The notes beneath the pieces are model-generated. The model did not search any database and was not told where the DNA came from. It saw nothing but the letters and a program-made list of their open reading frames with translations. The translations under genes and the position numbers were made by a program. Below, one piece after another: positions 25,278 through 39,200 of a stretch of DNA of 64,000 bases. Source of the DNA: Marsupella aquatica (lineage: Eukaryota > Plantae > Marchantiophyta); NCBI GenBank assembly GCA_973895155.1, contig OZ316893.1:22105744-22169743 (forward strand), in the 5' to 3' direction. Numbering within the stretch: the first letter of the stretch is position 1; every line of letters starts with the position of its first letter.

Positions 25278-26043
25278 CAGTAGTGCAATATGCAGAGGTA
25301 GAGGTTAAACACTAAAAACCCAGGAAGTCCTCAAACATAGATCTGTTGGACATGACCACACTTGAACCAGAGTTGTGTAGGCATGAAAGGTTTAGGGCCT
25401 CTAGCTGAGTGGTAGAGAACTACCATGTACCCTCTAGGGCATGTACACTTGAGGCCCTCAATCTTAACTAATATGCAGAGCACATGCAAAAACTTGAAAA
25501 TTAATTTTTGTTCATTTTGAACTAGTAATTAGAAAATTTATTATCGGTAACAAGAGAGCTTTTTATAGTAAACTATAAATAACAAGGGGTAAATGGAAAG
25601 AGGTCACCAGTGCAGGGATGTGCCCTTGAGGGCCTAGATTCAATTCCTAGCTGGTCCATGGTATGAGATCAAAAAATCAAAAAATTCCTTGAAGTAAGTG
25701 TGGCTCAAGGGAGGGTGTTGGACTTCAACCACACTTGAAAGATGGTGCAAGTAGGAAGGGTTGAAACATCATCATCATGAGAGTGACATGGGATTTTGCT
25801 ATTTAAACAGTGGGAGGATTTTGCTATTTATTGTGTGGAGGGTTTTGCAATTGACTGCCTTTAATAACGGTCCAGCACAAAATCCTGAATTCTCAACTTG
25901 TGCTACAATTTGGTCCTCTTTGTATGAGCACAAATTTTGATTATTTCCTCAAGGGTTTTGATGAACCCTGATTGTTTTGGCTAAAGGGGGCAACTGCTGG
26001 GAACACAGAGTCAGAGGTCAAGCACTGCTAAAGTGATGTCCAT

Positions 26044-26857
26044 TAGGGTGTCTCAAAGCACCGTTGTAACGAGTTGGTCATGAGGACTGAGTTATAGGAA
26101 TGGCCATAAAAGTTGTGGGCCGCCAAATGGGCTTCTGTAAGAAATTGTCGTGGCAGCTAACTGAAACTTGTAACTTTAACTCTGAGACTTTGAATTTGCG
26201 TCATCACAACATAGAGTCATCGCAACATCATGTCATCTAGGGACAGAAATGACATGTCAGTCACTATGATTGTCAGGGGTTTCACTTCCACAAAAATTAC
26301 ACATCACATGCGACGAAAGATAGGATAGTTTTATTGGTTTGAAGATAAGACTTAAGAATTTTCTCAGAATAACAATAGGGTATTTTACATCCAATTTTGA
26401 TCTTATAATAACATTAGGGTCCTTATAACCAAATTTTTGAAATAATCCAAGAATATTTTAACTTTACAGGGATTGAAAATAAATATTTTTTCTTACATTT
26501 TAGGGGGTGATGGGGAGGCCTCCATATAGTGAGACCCTTGAGTGCGTATTATTAGAATGCTATTGTGACTACTTGTCGAGGTAATCAGCTCGTGCTTGTC
26601 CGACAAGGACAAGCCAAAAACACTTACTCTGAGTGGGAGTACTCATAACTCATCCCTTATGACACATGTCTCAAACCCCTCCCTCTTAAACTGATCATGG
26701 GGACAACAATGTTTGGGACTTGAAAGTGCTCTGGCAGACCACGCCAAATCATATCCCCCCAACAACCAATGGCCCGTAAAGTCTGGTCGTAAGTTGTTTT
26801 TTGGGCATAAGTGGTGTCCCATAACTTTTCCTTATGGCCCTACTTTGAGATGCCCTA
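26044..26857. mobile_element. Non-autonomous hAT-like TIR element (MITE)
   Basis: TIRs TAGGGTGTCTCAAAG / CTTTGAGATGCCCTA plus subterminal inverted match (26101-26132 vs 26802-26840). Related TAGGGTGTCT/TAGGGCATCT ends occur near 29067, 49379 and 50946. No clear TSD. Confidence 0.55.
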
Positions 26858-29359
26858 TTGGATACACTAAAGTTAAAATGCCTGAGCCACATTTGTAAGA
26901 TCTCTAAAGCTTACTGATTAAATTATAAGCCAATTTCAATATTTGGGTGCAATTCATCCAGGTCTCTAATTATTGAAATTTCTGTGTGTGAGAAAAACTG
27001 TACATAGTGTTTGTGAAGCTTGGAAAAAAATTCAATGCATACATTAGGAATATTCCAAGTGTACATCAGTGTGACCTATCATTTTAATGTTTGGGATGTT
27101 CCTGAAAATGCATTCTAAATTGATACATGTTATACACTAAATATTTGTGGCTTTGCACTATAGTTTTAATGGTAAATTTACAACGTTCTCACTGAGGCAT
27201 GCATGAGAATCTAAAGCCCAAATGGACCAAGATGTTGTCCCTACCCATCACCATGGACTGCGTAAAGCAATCATTGCTTCTTCATCAAAAAGAAAAAGGA
27301 ACCAATCACAGATTGCAGTTTCAATTTTGACTACCTTGTGGAGAAAGTAGTCAAGACGTAAAGTCATGTTTTTTGAAAATGACCTCAATTCAGTGCAATG
27401 GCTCAGCAACTTGCCAGAGAAGGATGGAGCTTCTTTGTCTTGAAGCTCCAATCTCAGCCCCATTGAGAGCAAGCAAAATAGATCAATGGGATGGAAGGTG
27501 TGATTCATTGTAAACATTTACGCCACTGTCATTCTCATATCATGGACTCAAGCCTGCCGCTTAAGAAAGTTGTCAAGTTATCACAAACTTCACGGTGTCG
27601 TGTTGGGAAATATGAGTGATTCTAGCTGATTTTTGCTATAATATGAGTGATTCAGCTAGAAGGCTCGCCCCTTTCTCAAACAAAAGCTCTCGCTCTACGA
27701 CAATGGGTGCATGACACATTTTCAAAATGTGCGTGACGTCTTGGTGACTTACTCTACAGGGTAGTCAAAGTTGTCAGTTGTTAGCCACGTAAACCTTAGT
27801 TACCTTAGTTTAATTGAATTTGGCAGATTGGGTTGATATATTTGGAGAGCCCCTGGATCTCGGTTTAACCTGAAATCGGGGCTGAAATGTTTCTAGCATG
27901 GTCTTTGATGTCCAATCTATCATTTGCCTAACAACTTTTGAGACTTTTTGAAATCATTTGCCTCATTTTGGATCAACACAAAGATGGTCTAATATAATTC
28001 TAAATCATGTCAGTCTTCACTTTAAACTTCCAAAATTTCATGTGGGTCAACTGAAAATGGGTGTTTCCATAATAATGATGGCATGAAGTCTTGATGTCTT
28101 TCAGGTTCAAGGTCGTCAAGTCATCAAGTTACTGAGGAGACTGGTTTGGTAATGTAACTGAAACCAGCTGCAAACAACTCGGAGACTGTATACTAATCAC
28201 ATTTCAGTCAAAAATGTAAATAATGTTATGTGAGTCAATTTTAAATCTTTTGAGCAAGTCCATCTGGGCTTCAGTTTCCATGTGTGAACTTGATTGTCCC
28301 TAGCTACTGTAAATTAAAAAGGGGTGTTGTCAAAGTGGCTGTTTACTCCTTGCACTAACCAAACCCAAAAGCAGTTGGGGACACTCTTAGTAATAATTAC
28401 CCATAGTCAGAATGAGGGTGTACCTCTTCCAAGCAGCGTCTCTGTACTGTCCACTGTCTGTGCCTAAGTGCACTGTTGACAACTGAAATCCATGACTAAG
28501 TGCACACCGGCCATGTAGTCCCCAAATATTACAACAATTTTCTTTGTAAATGCACCCGTCCAAAAAATACAAAATTCATAAGTGCATCTTGACCATCACT
28601 ATACCACAAATACATAAAACAGTGCATTGTCCACAAAACTTCCTCAGTTACTGTAATGTGTATACAAGAAGGATTTATTGATAAGTGCAACAAACAATTA
28701 CATGAAGTAGTTTTATGTAGGAGGGCTTGGGGTATGGGCCATTTGTGTGACCTGACAACACATGAGCCCATTAGCGGGAACCGGGTTCCCGCTAGAATCT
28801 GAAGCCTGCCACAAAGGTTTGTGAGGGAGGACCCAAAAATGATGAGGCTCGGGGATTCCACTTCTACAAAAATGGCATATCACGTGCGACAAAGGATAAG
28901 ATCATTTTATTGGTTCAAAGGGATGACTAAAGAATTTTCTCAGAAAAACAATATGGTCTAGCTTTTAAATCCAATTTTGAGACTTATAAGAACATTAGAG
29001 TCCTTCTAACCAAAATTTTAAAATATTCCAACTTTACAGGAGTTAAATATTTTTTTACTTACATTTTAGGGTGTCTGAGACCTAAAAATGTGACAGGTGA
29101 TGGGGAGACATCCATATAGTGAGACCCTGGGGAGACATCCATATAGTGAGACCCTCGAGTGATGAGGGTGAGAAACTTTATTGCTGTACACATGTGTTGA
29201 CCTTTTTCTAGACTTGCCTTGAGTTAGGGCTTGAGTTCTAACTTGCTGGTTCAATCTCGTGGCTTGGAATACAATAAAAAATAATGTTATTAATTGTAAT
29301 CCCTATTGTAATATCTTGAGTGTCGAAGTACAGTGGTTAAAATTTGATATACTTAAATA

Positions 29360-29945
29360 TTGGTAGTGCAGGGGTGTGTACATAATATGGAGAAGTGAAT
29401 AACTGATATGTCATGCACATGGATAAGTGCATAAAGGATATGTCGTGCACATATGGAAAAGTGATAATTATACTTATTGGTAGTGCAGGGTGTGTACCTA
29501 ATTATAGAGAAGTCCATAAATAATATGTCATGCACACATGGATAAGTGCATGACTGATACCTAGTGCACATATGGATAAGTCCATAAATGCTCTCATGCA
29601 CATGGATAAGTGCATATGAGACAGGTCTTGCAAAACCATGCCTTAAATCTACATCAGTGGAACAATCAGAACATAAACCAATACACAAGTAGTTCAAATC
29701 ACTTGGTTTGTAAATCTATTGGTTAATATTCTGGTGTAAGGGGTGCATTTATTTGATGTAGATTTAACATGCAGTTTTGCAAATAGTAATAAGTGCATAC
29801 CGTGGATAAGTGGAGACTTGGGAATGCATAAATGACAGGTCGTGCAAATATGAATAAGTGCATACCGTGGATAAGTGGAGGCTTGGGAATGCATAAATGA
29901 CAGGTCGTGCAAATATGAATAAGTGCATACCGTGTATAAGTGAAG
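29360..29945. repeat. Tandem repeats upstream of GlyRS (65-bp unit x~2.5 at 29788-29945, degenerate copies further upstream)
   Basis: AATAAGTGCATACCGTG recurs at 29788, 29853 and 29918. Confidence 0.8.
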
Positions 29946-30154
29946 ATTTGGGCTGGAGCCTGCACTTAATCACATTGTCGACATTGTGGTGAGATCGTTG
30001 TGGGGAACTGGGTCCTTTACTTCCAGTTCCACTTCGTTTCTAAATCGATCACTTGTCTTTCGGCACGACCTCTGTTCTCTGCTACAATCGCAGGAATTGA
30101 GCTGGGTTCAATGGAATTGAATTGAATGGAATTGCATTGAAACGAATTGCTTAC

Positions 30155-30156
<2 letters not shown>

Positions 30157-30198
<42 letters not shown>
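30157..30198 (+). repeat. (AG)21 microsatellite 2 nt upstream of the GlyRS start codon
   Basis: Read directly; 5' UTR GAGA-type tract. Confidence 0.95.
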
Positions 30199-30200
<2 letters not shown>

Positions 30201-33200
30201 ATGGCTGCTGCCCACAGCTCGCTCATGGCGTGCCCACGAGCAGCTAACAACTTCCTCCTCACCATTGGACTGCTGGGCAGAGCAGCCAGCTTCTCCATGG
30301 CCAATGCGCGGTGCACCGTCGTCCGCAGCAGCAGCTGTAGAAGATGCTCCCCCTCCTCCTCTTCCACTCCGGTTTGCTCGAAGAGAAAGGTGAAGCCCAG
30401 CGCTATGTCGCCGTGGAGGAGTCGGCTCAGTCCCATGCGAGCAGCGCCTTCGGTGGATTTGAAGCTCGTGAATGGGGGCAGCCGGAGGAGTGCTGTCTCC
30501 CGAGCTGGCATGGATTCAGCTGTGGAGGTCGTGGCAGAGAAGAGACCCTCCTCCCAGACCCTCATTGTGCCCCCAACTTTTCAGCAGGCCATCCATAGGC
30601 TACAGGTGAGTTCTGCACGAAGGAGGAAGGAATCAAGACGAAGGACTTGTTTGGTTACTGGAATTCAGTAAAAGAACAAATTGATATGCTATTGATTGTT
30701 TGATGGGGAAATTGTGTACAACAGGATTACTGGGCTTCAGTGGGATGTGCAGTGATGCAGTCAAGCAACACCGAGGTAAGCATTGAATTATCTTACAGAT
30801 AGTCAGTTCCTCAATTTTGAATTTGGGAGATTTATGTATTAGACTGACAGAAATTCATGAATATTTTACAGCATAACGAATTCAGAACAAATTTTCAAGT
30901 TTTGAATCAACTTCCCGCGGCAATTCAATCTTTGAGGGAAGCATTAAATTTCTGTATAGCTTTGTCTGAAGCTAGTTGATGCTGTTAGGGATCGTTGAAA
31001 ACTTAAAGTGGATTTCATCGTGACAATCAATTTTATCTTTCAAGACCGAAAACTAAAGGCGGCTAAAATTTTCCTACGAATTTGAGCTGCACTATTCGAA
31101 GATGATTTATATCAAGCGAGTTAAAATAGCAACGCAGTCAATCGCTCGTCAGGTTTCTGCGTAATCTTGTAGGTGATCGTCTTTTGCTTGGGATGGACAG
31201 ATGTGTACGTCTAGAGGGTGATTCCCAGAGAGTGTCTGTCTACAAGCTGCTAACCGGCATCATTTATTCTCAGGTGGGAGCTGGAACCATGAATCCAGCA
31301 ACGTTTCTTCGTGTTCTTGGGCCAGAACCTTGGAATGTCGCGTGAGTACATCTTTGTCTGTCTCACTTCTTCAAGATCCTTTTCTTCCTAGGTCAAGTGT
31401 AGACTCATATTTTTTGGTAGGCATTTTCAGGGTGAATGAAATGTTCTTGAACCTAAGCAGCATCATGGCTCTGTCCTGTTATGAGGACAGCTTATTATTG
31501 GTGCTTGCTTTCCTTCTTCTGGTAGCCTGGAATACGATCAAAAGTTTCCTGACTTTCGTATCTGTTGCTTTGGAGGATCTGCTGCTCTGTTTTTCCTCTG
31601 CTGACTCATACCGTGGTCAGCCGTTTTGGAATCTATCTTATTATTATGTGCGTTATTATTCTCAAGTTGTGACAATGCATTGGCTGCGGTGTATACAAAA
31701 TCCAAAGCCACCTTCTTCATGTTGAAGTTGATTTTGTGATTTAGGTATGTTGAACCAAGCGTGAGGCCTGACGACAGTCGATACGGAGACAACCCTAACA
31801 GAGTTCAGAAACATACCCAATTCCAGGTATAATTGTGCTCTGTATAAAGCATCTTAAGAGTGGCGATTACCTTACATGTGTTTGGGATGGAGCTTTCTTT
31901 CATCGTTTGCTCTAGTTTGACTCCCTCTGTCGATGAGCTTTCTATTGAACGCAACCTTTAACTGCTTAATCGCCATAGTCCCTCACTTGCCTGAATCTCA
32001 AGTGCAGGTTATATTAAAGCCTGACCCGGGAAATTCACAGGAGCTTTATCTGGGTAGCCTGGCTGCTCTTGGTAAGGGCTTCTCTTCAGCGATTAAGAAT
32101 TCTATTCTCGAGTCTATGAATGTGGATAGTCGTTGCCGTTAAAGATAATTAGCTCGATTTCTACTTTAAAGAGCTTTTGATACTTCCTCGAAAAGAATTC
32201 TCACCACAACTTGACGCTACTGGTCGCTGAGGGTGGGCTTCCCTGACAGTTTAGACTTGAAACACAGTGAATGCTACAGCTGCAGTCGTATAGCTGATGA
32301 TAAGCACTTGTGCAGTAGTCGTCAATTCAAGAAAGCTGGTTTTTGGTTATAATCTGCTCACTGCCAGTTGTGGGGGGTTGGCACTCATGCCAGCTACCTT
32401 TCATTCAATGCGGCAGTTTGTATGATTTAGATGCTCTCTGCCCTTGTCCAAACTAGTTTAGATTTTAACAAGCATTGACACTTGTGAAGCTTACTCTTGA
32501 TTCAGGTATTGATATCACGGCACATGATGTTCGCTTTGTTGAGGATAACTGGGAAAGTCCGGTAAATTTACAACCTGATATCGATGTGATACCCAGTTGA
32601 AATTTGCTTGTCGAGATCGTCATTACCAGCCCGTGTGAATGGCTTGGTTCTGAATCGTGGTTCACCAAATCCTGGTTTTTCTCACTATATTTTGTCTTGG
32701 AACAGGTATTGGGTGCCTGGGGTCTAGGTTGGGAGGTGTGGATGGACGGCATGGAGATAACTCAGTTCACCTATTTTCAGCAGGCAAGCTCCTGATCATG
32801 CACCAGCCTGGCTTGGCGTGATGTCAAATGTGGCTTTGATGCACATCTGTGCCCACAAGTATAAATGTGGAAGGTAGGACTCACTTGCCAAGTCAGTGCT
32901 GTAGTTTCTCAATAGACTAGGTTAGCTTTGAGTTCTCACTGCCTTTGGGGTTTCCTTATGATGGCTAACAGCCCCTACTCTAAGGTCATCACCTTGATTT
33001 GTTGGCATCTGTTAGGCTAGTCCATGGAGATAGTATGGACCGTGATGTGATTGTAGTTCTTTTGACGGTAAATTCCCACAATCTAGGGTCAGAGTGATAC
33101 TACTAATTCGGAAATTAGTGCATGAAGCTAAGATCTGGGTAGTGGAGCAGGCTGGGAGCTTACCCTTGGTTCCAGTTTCTGTGGAGATCACCTATGGCCT

Positions 33201-36200
33201 TGAGCGAATCTTGATGTCTCTCCAGGTTTGCAGCTTGAACCTGTTCTGCTGTTTTAGTTTTGGTAAACATGTAGAAATATATTCAAGGGAGAGGTTCATA
33301 TTGGCTTTTGCGATTTTTCCTTCCATTTGGTTGTATGCTGTTACAGAATTCTTAACGGAATCATACCCAGAAGAAAGTATTAGGATATCAACATGGAAAT
33401 TTATGAAAGTTTAGACCGTATATCGACTTCTCTACATCTCTCTGTTGGGGCATTGATGTCCTGGGTATCGAGTTCAGCCATTTTTGCTTCCTCACAGGGT
33501 GTTGACCATTTCAAGAAGATTCAGTATGCTCCAGGAATCACATATGGAGAACTTTTTCTTGAAAACGAGTAATTCTCTTTCTGACTGACTGTACAGTTGT
33601 CACAGAAGCCCGTTGAATTTTTTTTGGCTTTACTGTTGTGCTTCCTGTACGCTGTACCTGTTGGAATCTGCTGAAACAATGGGCGACTATACTCAACCAT
33701 TTGCTAATAGGATTTGTGGCCGCAACACGTTTCATGTGCTCTTCAAATTTTTGTTCCCCCAATCTCACTCGTGCATGGTGCGTGGAAAATCAGGAAGGAA
33801 ATGAGTTCGTACAATCTGGAGCTAGCTAACGTGGAGAGGGTCCAGCAACGATTTGATCTCTATGATGCGGAGGCCCGAGCTCTTTTGGAGCACGGTTTGG
33901 CTATTCCAGCGTATGTATTAGTTCTGTAGCCGATGTGTCTACAATTTACTTGTCAGTATATCTCAATGCCTTGTATCTGATGTTTGGCAAATTCCATAAA
34001 GAGGTTTGCCTAACATTGGGTTTCTGAAGCACACAATCTGTTGTACATTCTGGAATTGTGGCCAGTTATGACCATGTTCTGAAAACTTCACATGCTTTCA
34101 ACATACTGGATGCTCGAGGTGCTGTTGGTGTAACAGAAAGGGCCAAACTTTTTGGCCGAATGCGCACGTAAGATCTTGCTTTTATTTGTACAATAGTCAG
34201 TAGCAGTAGACAAGTTGGTGATATTCAAATGGCAGTACAAAGTTTACTCCTGATTGTGCCCTGATTTGCCGTAGATCAATGCCAAATTTAAGCTCCACTT
34301 GCTATTATGAACTATGTTATATGGACTAGGTGTTGGGATGGGTTTTTCCTATGTGCAGACTTGCACGTCAGTGTGCCCAACTTTGGGTCGAGACTCGCGA
34401 GAGATTGAACTATCCATTGGGAGTGTGGGAGGAGTCACCGTCTCTTCCACATCCTTTGACTGGTGCAGAAGAGACAGCGTCGAAGGTAATATAGACATAG
34501 TGTACGCTGCAGATTTCTAGGGATCTCTGCAATCTATGTAATAATTAAGATCACCAATATTGCATACGTAAGAGATCCTTGTCCTGTCTGTGCTCATTAA
34601 CCGATTAATGCTCCAATAACGGTCATCTTCCTTTTACAAACCAAAAGTGCTCTCCGATTTCTGTTGCGTTGTGTATTATTATTTAAAGTTTTCAGTTTTC
34701 TTTAAACCTTTTCTTCATGTCATATCACCGCTCATAATGTCTTAAGCTGACAACAGCGGTTTGGTGGGTCAGCTTTCTACGCCTCAAACATTTGTTCTTG
34801 AAATTGGATCTGAGGAGCTTCCTCCTCAGGATGTAACAAGTGCTATATCTCAAGTAATTCTCTCTACTTTGATACATCATGTATTTTTCTGATTTATGTT
34901 AGTGATCCAATAATTGACTTGCGGTTGGTTTTAGTTGGAGTTGGGAAATCGTTCTCCTTCGCTTGTACTAAATATCAGTTACGGATTGCAGTTGGAAGCA
35001 GCATTTCCCCAGTTACTGACAAGCGAGAGACTACAATATCACAAATGTTCAGTTCAGGGAACTCCTCGCCGGCTTGTGGTTTGTTTCATCCTCTTCCTGA
35101 AAGCTCCACAACTGTAGGCTTAAAGTATCTCTACCTCCATTTTGCAGAGGACTCCCTATTGTCGTCTTTACTGAAGAGTTTGAGACAATGAATTGAGGGT
35201 AACCCCCACACCGATTGTTATTTCGTCTTAATTTGGAAGCACTGCTTACCAGTGATCTTCTGACGTTGCGGTGTGTCAAAGGTTGTGGTTGATCAATTGG
35301 CAACAAGACAAGAGGACTCGGAGAAAGAAGTGCGTGGACCACCAGCTTCAAAGGCATTTGACATAGAAGGAAAACCCACGAAGGTATATTCTATATTCCC
35401 TCAATTCACTTAAGGTGGAACAGGTATGATCTAATACCAACATACCATTTTGAATATGACACGTGACCATGACAGCCACTTGTAGTCAGTTAAACATAGT
35501 CTTGCGCTTCATTCCTAATCAATTAAAAGGAAAAGATCTTTGATTAAAAATAAAGCAATCGTAGAGATAACAAGGTTAAAACATAGATTTATTTCAAATA
35601 TGGCAGATAAGACGGTTGAAACATACATAATATTTTCAAATATGGCAGTCTTACATATCTGAGTTAGTATTCTTCAGTGACCCATTTGATTTGTAGTTAA
35701 ATTCCCCTGGAAAATGTGCAGGCGGCTGAGGGCTTTTGCAAGAAAAATGGTGTGACTATGGAGGACGTTATCGTGAAAGCAGATGGTTAGTGTTAGAGTT
35801 TCTTAGGCTGTTGCATTGACTCTTCTGCATTTTGTAGGTGCTTGCAAGTATTGCTCAGTTTGCTCAATATACTCAAGGGATTTAGTGGTCAAGCTTGGAG
35901 ACAATGCACATTTCTGGTGAAGGTGACTCCGAGGTTGATTAGGTATGATGAGGTGAATTTGTATCCGATAGTTTTCGTTATTGATAAGAGCGTGGATGGT
36001 GCATACTTAATTGGGAAAATAGACATGTGGACGCTGCGCAATAGAAGCGTTTGACCTGCCCTGCTTACTTATCTCCAAAATTATGCGATCACAGGAAAGA
36101 CAGAGTACCTTTATGCAGTTGTGAAGGAGCCAAAAATGCATACAATTGAGGTGTGACCTAGTTTTTAGAACTGAATGTTCGAGCATAGTTAACTTTCTTT

Positions 36201-39200
36201 TCTGCTTCAGATGTATTTAAACTTGTTATTCAACGCCTTTCTTAGATGTGGATATGTGACTTCTTCAAATCAGAGAAAGGAAGGGGGTTGATATTCTGGT
36301 TTTGTTATTGCTTCTTGAAGTTTTAGGGTGCCCCAAAGTACCTCGCTTGTGAAACTAAATAGTTTACTGAATAGGTTTTGGTGAAAGGACTCCCTGCAAT
36401 TCTTTCAAATCTGTCTTTTCCCAAGACAATGCGCTGGAACTCTCAGGCAAGATCTAGCTTCTGTCAAATTGCATGCACTTGTTGTATGGTTGATTTTAGA
36501 GGTATCCGAAGACGTGCAGTGAGAGAGGTACCTATAAATTAAACAGGATACAATTCTCAATTGGTGTGACATCTGTTCGACAGTTTTCTAGAGCAGTTAT
36601 GGTAACAAGCAGGAAAAGAAACGAATTGTGCCTGCATTGCCAGCCTCTGTATTTGCGATATTGCAAAGTGGTCTTTTTGAGACATGAGTGTGCTAGCAAA
36701 TCCTAAAGTATGGATTGGCATCTCGTCAGGTTGCTTACAGTAGGCCCCTGAGGTGGCTTGTAGCACTTTACGGGGATATTCTCGTACCTTTCTCTTACGC
36801 AGGTCTTAACAGGTTTGGTCTGGACCTCATGTTTTCGTCCAATCCAAAACTTTTCAGATTCAATGTTTTGCTAATTGTGCAATACCTCCTGCTTTCCTCG
36901 ATAGCTGAGCTTTTTGCGGTTTGGAGTTGATTTGTGCTCATTTCCTACGTCTTCAGTGGCCATGCTTCCCGAGTGCTGCGGAATGCTTTGCATCCAACTA
37001 TTCAGGTACACTCATGCAAAGAACAAGTGACCTTGTCGATCACTTTTTTCAATATGTCTTTTCGAAAACAATTAAAAACCAGGGCTGAATAATTTACTAA
37101 AGAAGGGCCAAACAAAGCACCATTACCATTGCTTCAGCGTGGTTTGTAAAAGACCTGGTTCACTTGGAAATAAGTCACTTAAAAATGAGTCAAAGCAGGT
37201 TGAACGGGCAGAAGACTACCTGAGCTCCATGAAGGAAGCAGGCATCATACTCAGCCTAGAGGTAAATTATCTTTTTCTCAAACTTTTCTTGGTTTAAAGT
37301 TGCTTAGTGCGTGTGATGTACATAGGAATGGTGAATGATTAATTCGTGTTGCTTGCTGATCTGGATTGTGATGACTGCAGGAACGGCGTGAGAGTATTTG
37401 GGCAAATAGCAGTGCCTTGGCGGCAAGCATAAATGGTTGCATCCCTGCAGAGGCCCGGGGTAGTTTGCTTGATGAGGTACATCATCAGAAATCAGACGGG
37501 GAACAGCCGATCTTACCTGCGTAAATTCGTTTTCAACTAGACATTTCCCACTTTTTTGTGGACCTGTTCGTAACTCGAAATTTGTCTTGGGATTCTATTT
37601 ATCCAGTGATAAGACTGACAAGTAATACTTGTAGGTTGCAAATTTGGTGGAGTCACCACTTCCAATTCTGGGCCACTATGAGGATGCCTTCTTAAACCTT
37701 CCAGCAGATGTTCTTACCACTGTAATGATCTCCACCTGCAACTGAATCGTCTTTTGCCACTTTTGTGACTTTGCTTAATTAAGCTTTTTTCGCCTGCAAG
37801 ATACTGCAATGGATAGCAGGTGTCGATCTAATTTCAGGAATCTAGCTTTGCAGATGGAGAGAATTTGGATGACGTCTGATGTTGTTCCGTATCGTTGTGA
37901 AGGTCATGCGCAAACACCAGCGGTACTTTCCAGTGGTGGACAAAGAAACCGGCCAACTTTTACCAGCGTTTATTGCGGTCGGTAACGATTTCTGTTTTGC
38001 GGTCGCTGTCGTTACTCTTGCAAAATGTGACCTTGGTCTTCTGTTTATAAACTGTGCACAAAATGTTTGGCAGGAATTTAGCCTCACATCCAGGTCGGCT
38101 GACAGATTTGTATGAATATCTACCCCTTATTTATTAGGTTTGTGGGGAGTTCTCTTTTAGTCCTGACGTGGAATAGTTCAGCACGGAGTACAGGCACAGC
38201 CTTCTGTCACATGACGACTCAAAACTTGCCTAAAATTGCTGCAAGTTAGATGATTTAGCAGCACGGGCAAACTTGGATTCGATATATTGTAAAACTGACC
38301 TCAGTATGCCTTTTTGAGTACAGGTTGCAAATGGGGCCATCGATGAAGAAACAGTCCGGAAAGGAAATGAGGCTGTCTTGAGGTATGTCTCTTAGCAAAC
38401 GAAAAGCAATATTTGAAATGCCAGATTTTGCGAGGCATGTACTAAGCATTCCAAGAATGAGCTGATGAAATGGTCTAGTGGTCTAGCAACCCTATCGGAA
38501 AAATGATATTACCAATATGTCAACACCATTTCCTTCATAGGTTTACTAGATTGATCTGTGTTAATGATACATTTAGTACAGATTCAATTGATACAGATTA
38601 AAAATCTGTATCAATGTTTTGTCCAGATTGTGGAATGTACTTCTTGGATTGATTTCGCCTGGTTGTAAACCAAATTGGCAGGGCAAGGTACGAGGATGCA
38701 AGATTCTTTTATAACTCAGATAGATCCAAGTCTCTGGCAGATTTTCGTCCGGTGTTACAGGGGATAACCTTCCAGGTGTGGAAGAGCTTACATGCTTGCA
38801 GAGACCAATGCCCAGCATGTTGTTGCATAAATAGGGGAGGATCTTATTTGAATGCAGTGATCATAAGCGGAGAGATGGTTAAAGTTTGGTGACAAGGCCA
38901 GCCCTATCTAGCCTTTTGTTAATGAAGTTTTCTTACAGTGTTCTTATGTCCTTGTGACAGGAAAAACTGGGGTCAATACTGGATAAAACTAAGAGGGTCG
39001 AGAGAATGGTGCAGCATTTGGGATTGGCCTTGGGAATCGATGAAGCGGGCATTAACATAGCACAGGAAGCTGCTCCTCTTGCTTCAGCAGACTTAGCTAC
39101 AGCAATGGTCACAGAATTTACTTCCTTGGCAGGAATCATGGGCCGCCATTATGCATTGAAAGAAGGCTACAACAGTGCAGTATGATTCTCACTTGCAATG

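Noticed and set aside
30017-30565. 182-aa minus-strand ORF
   Set aside because: Antisense shadow of GC-rich GlyRS exon 1 and the AG microsatellite
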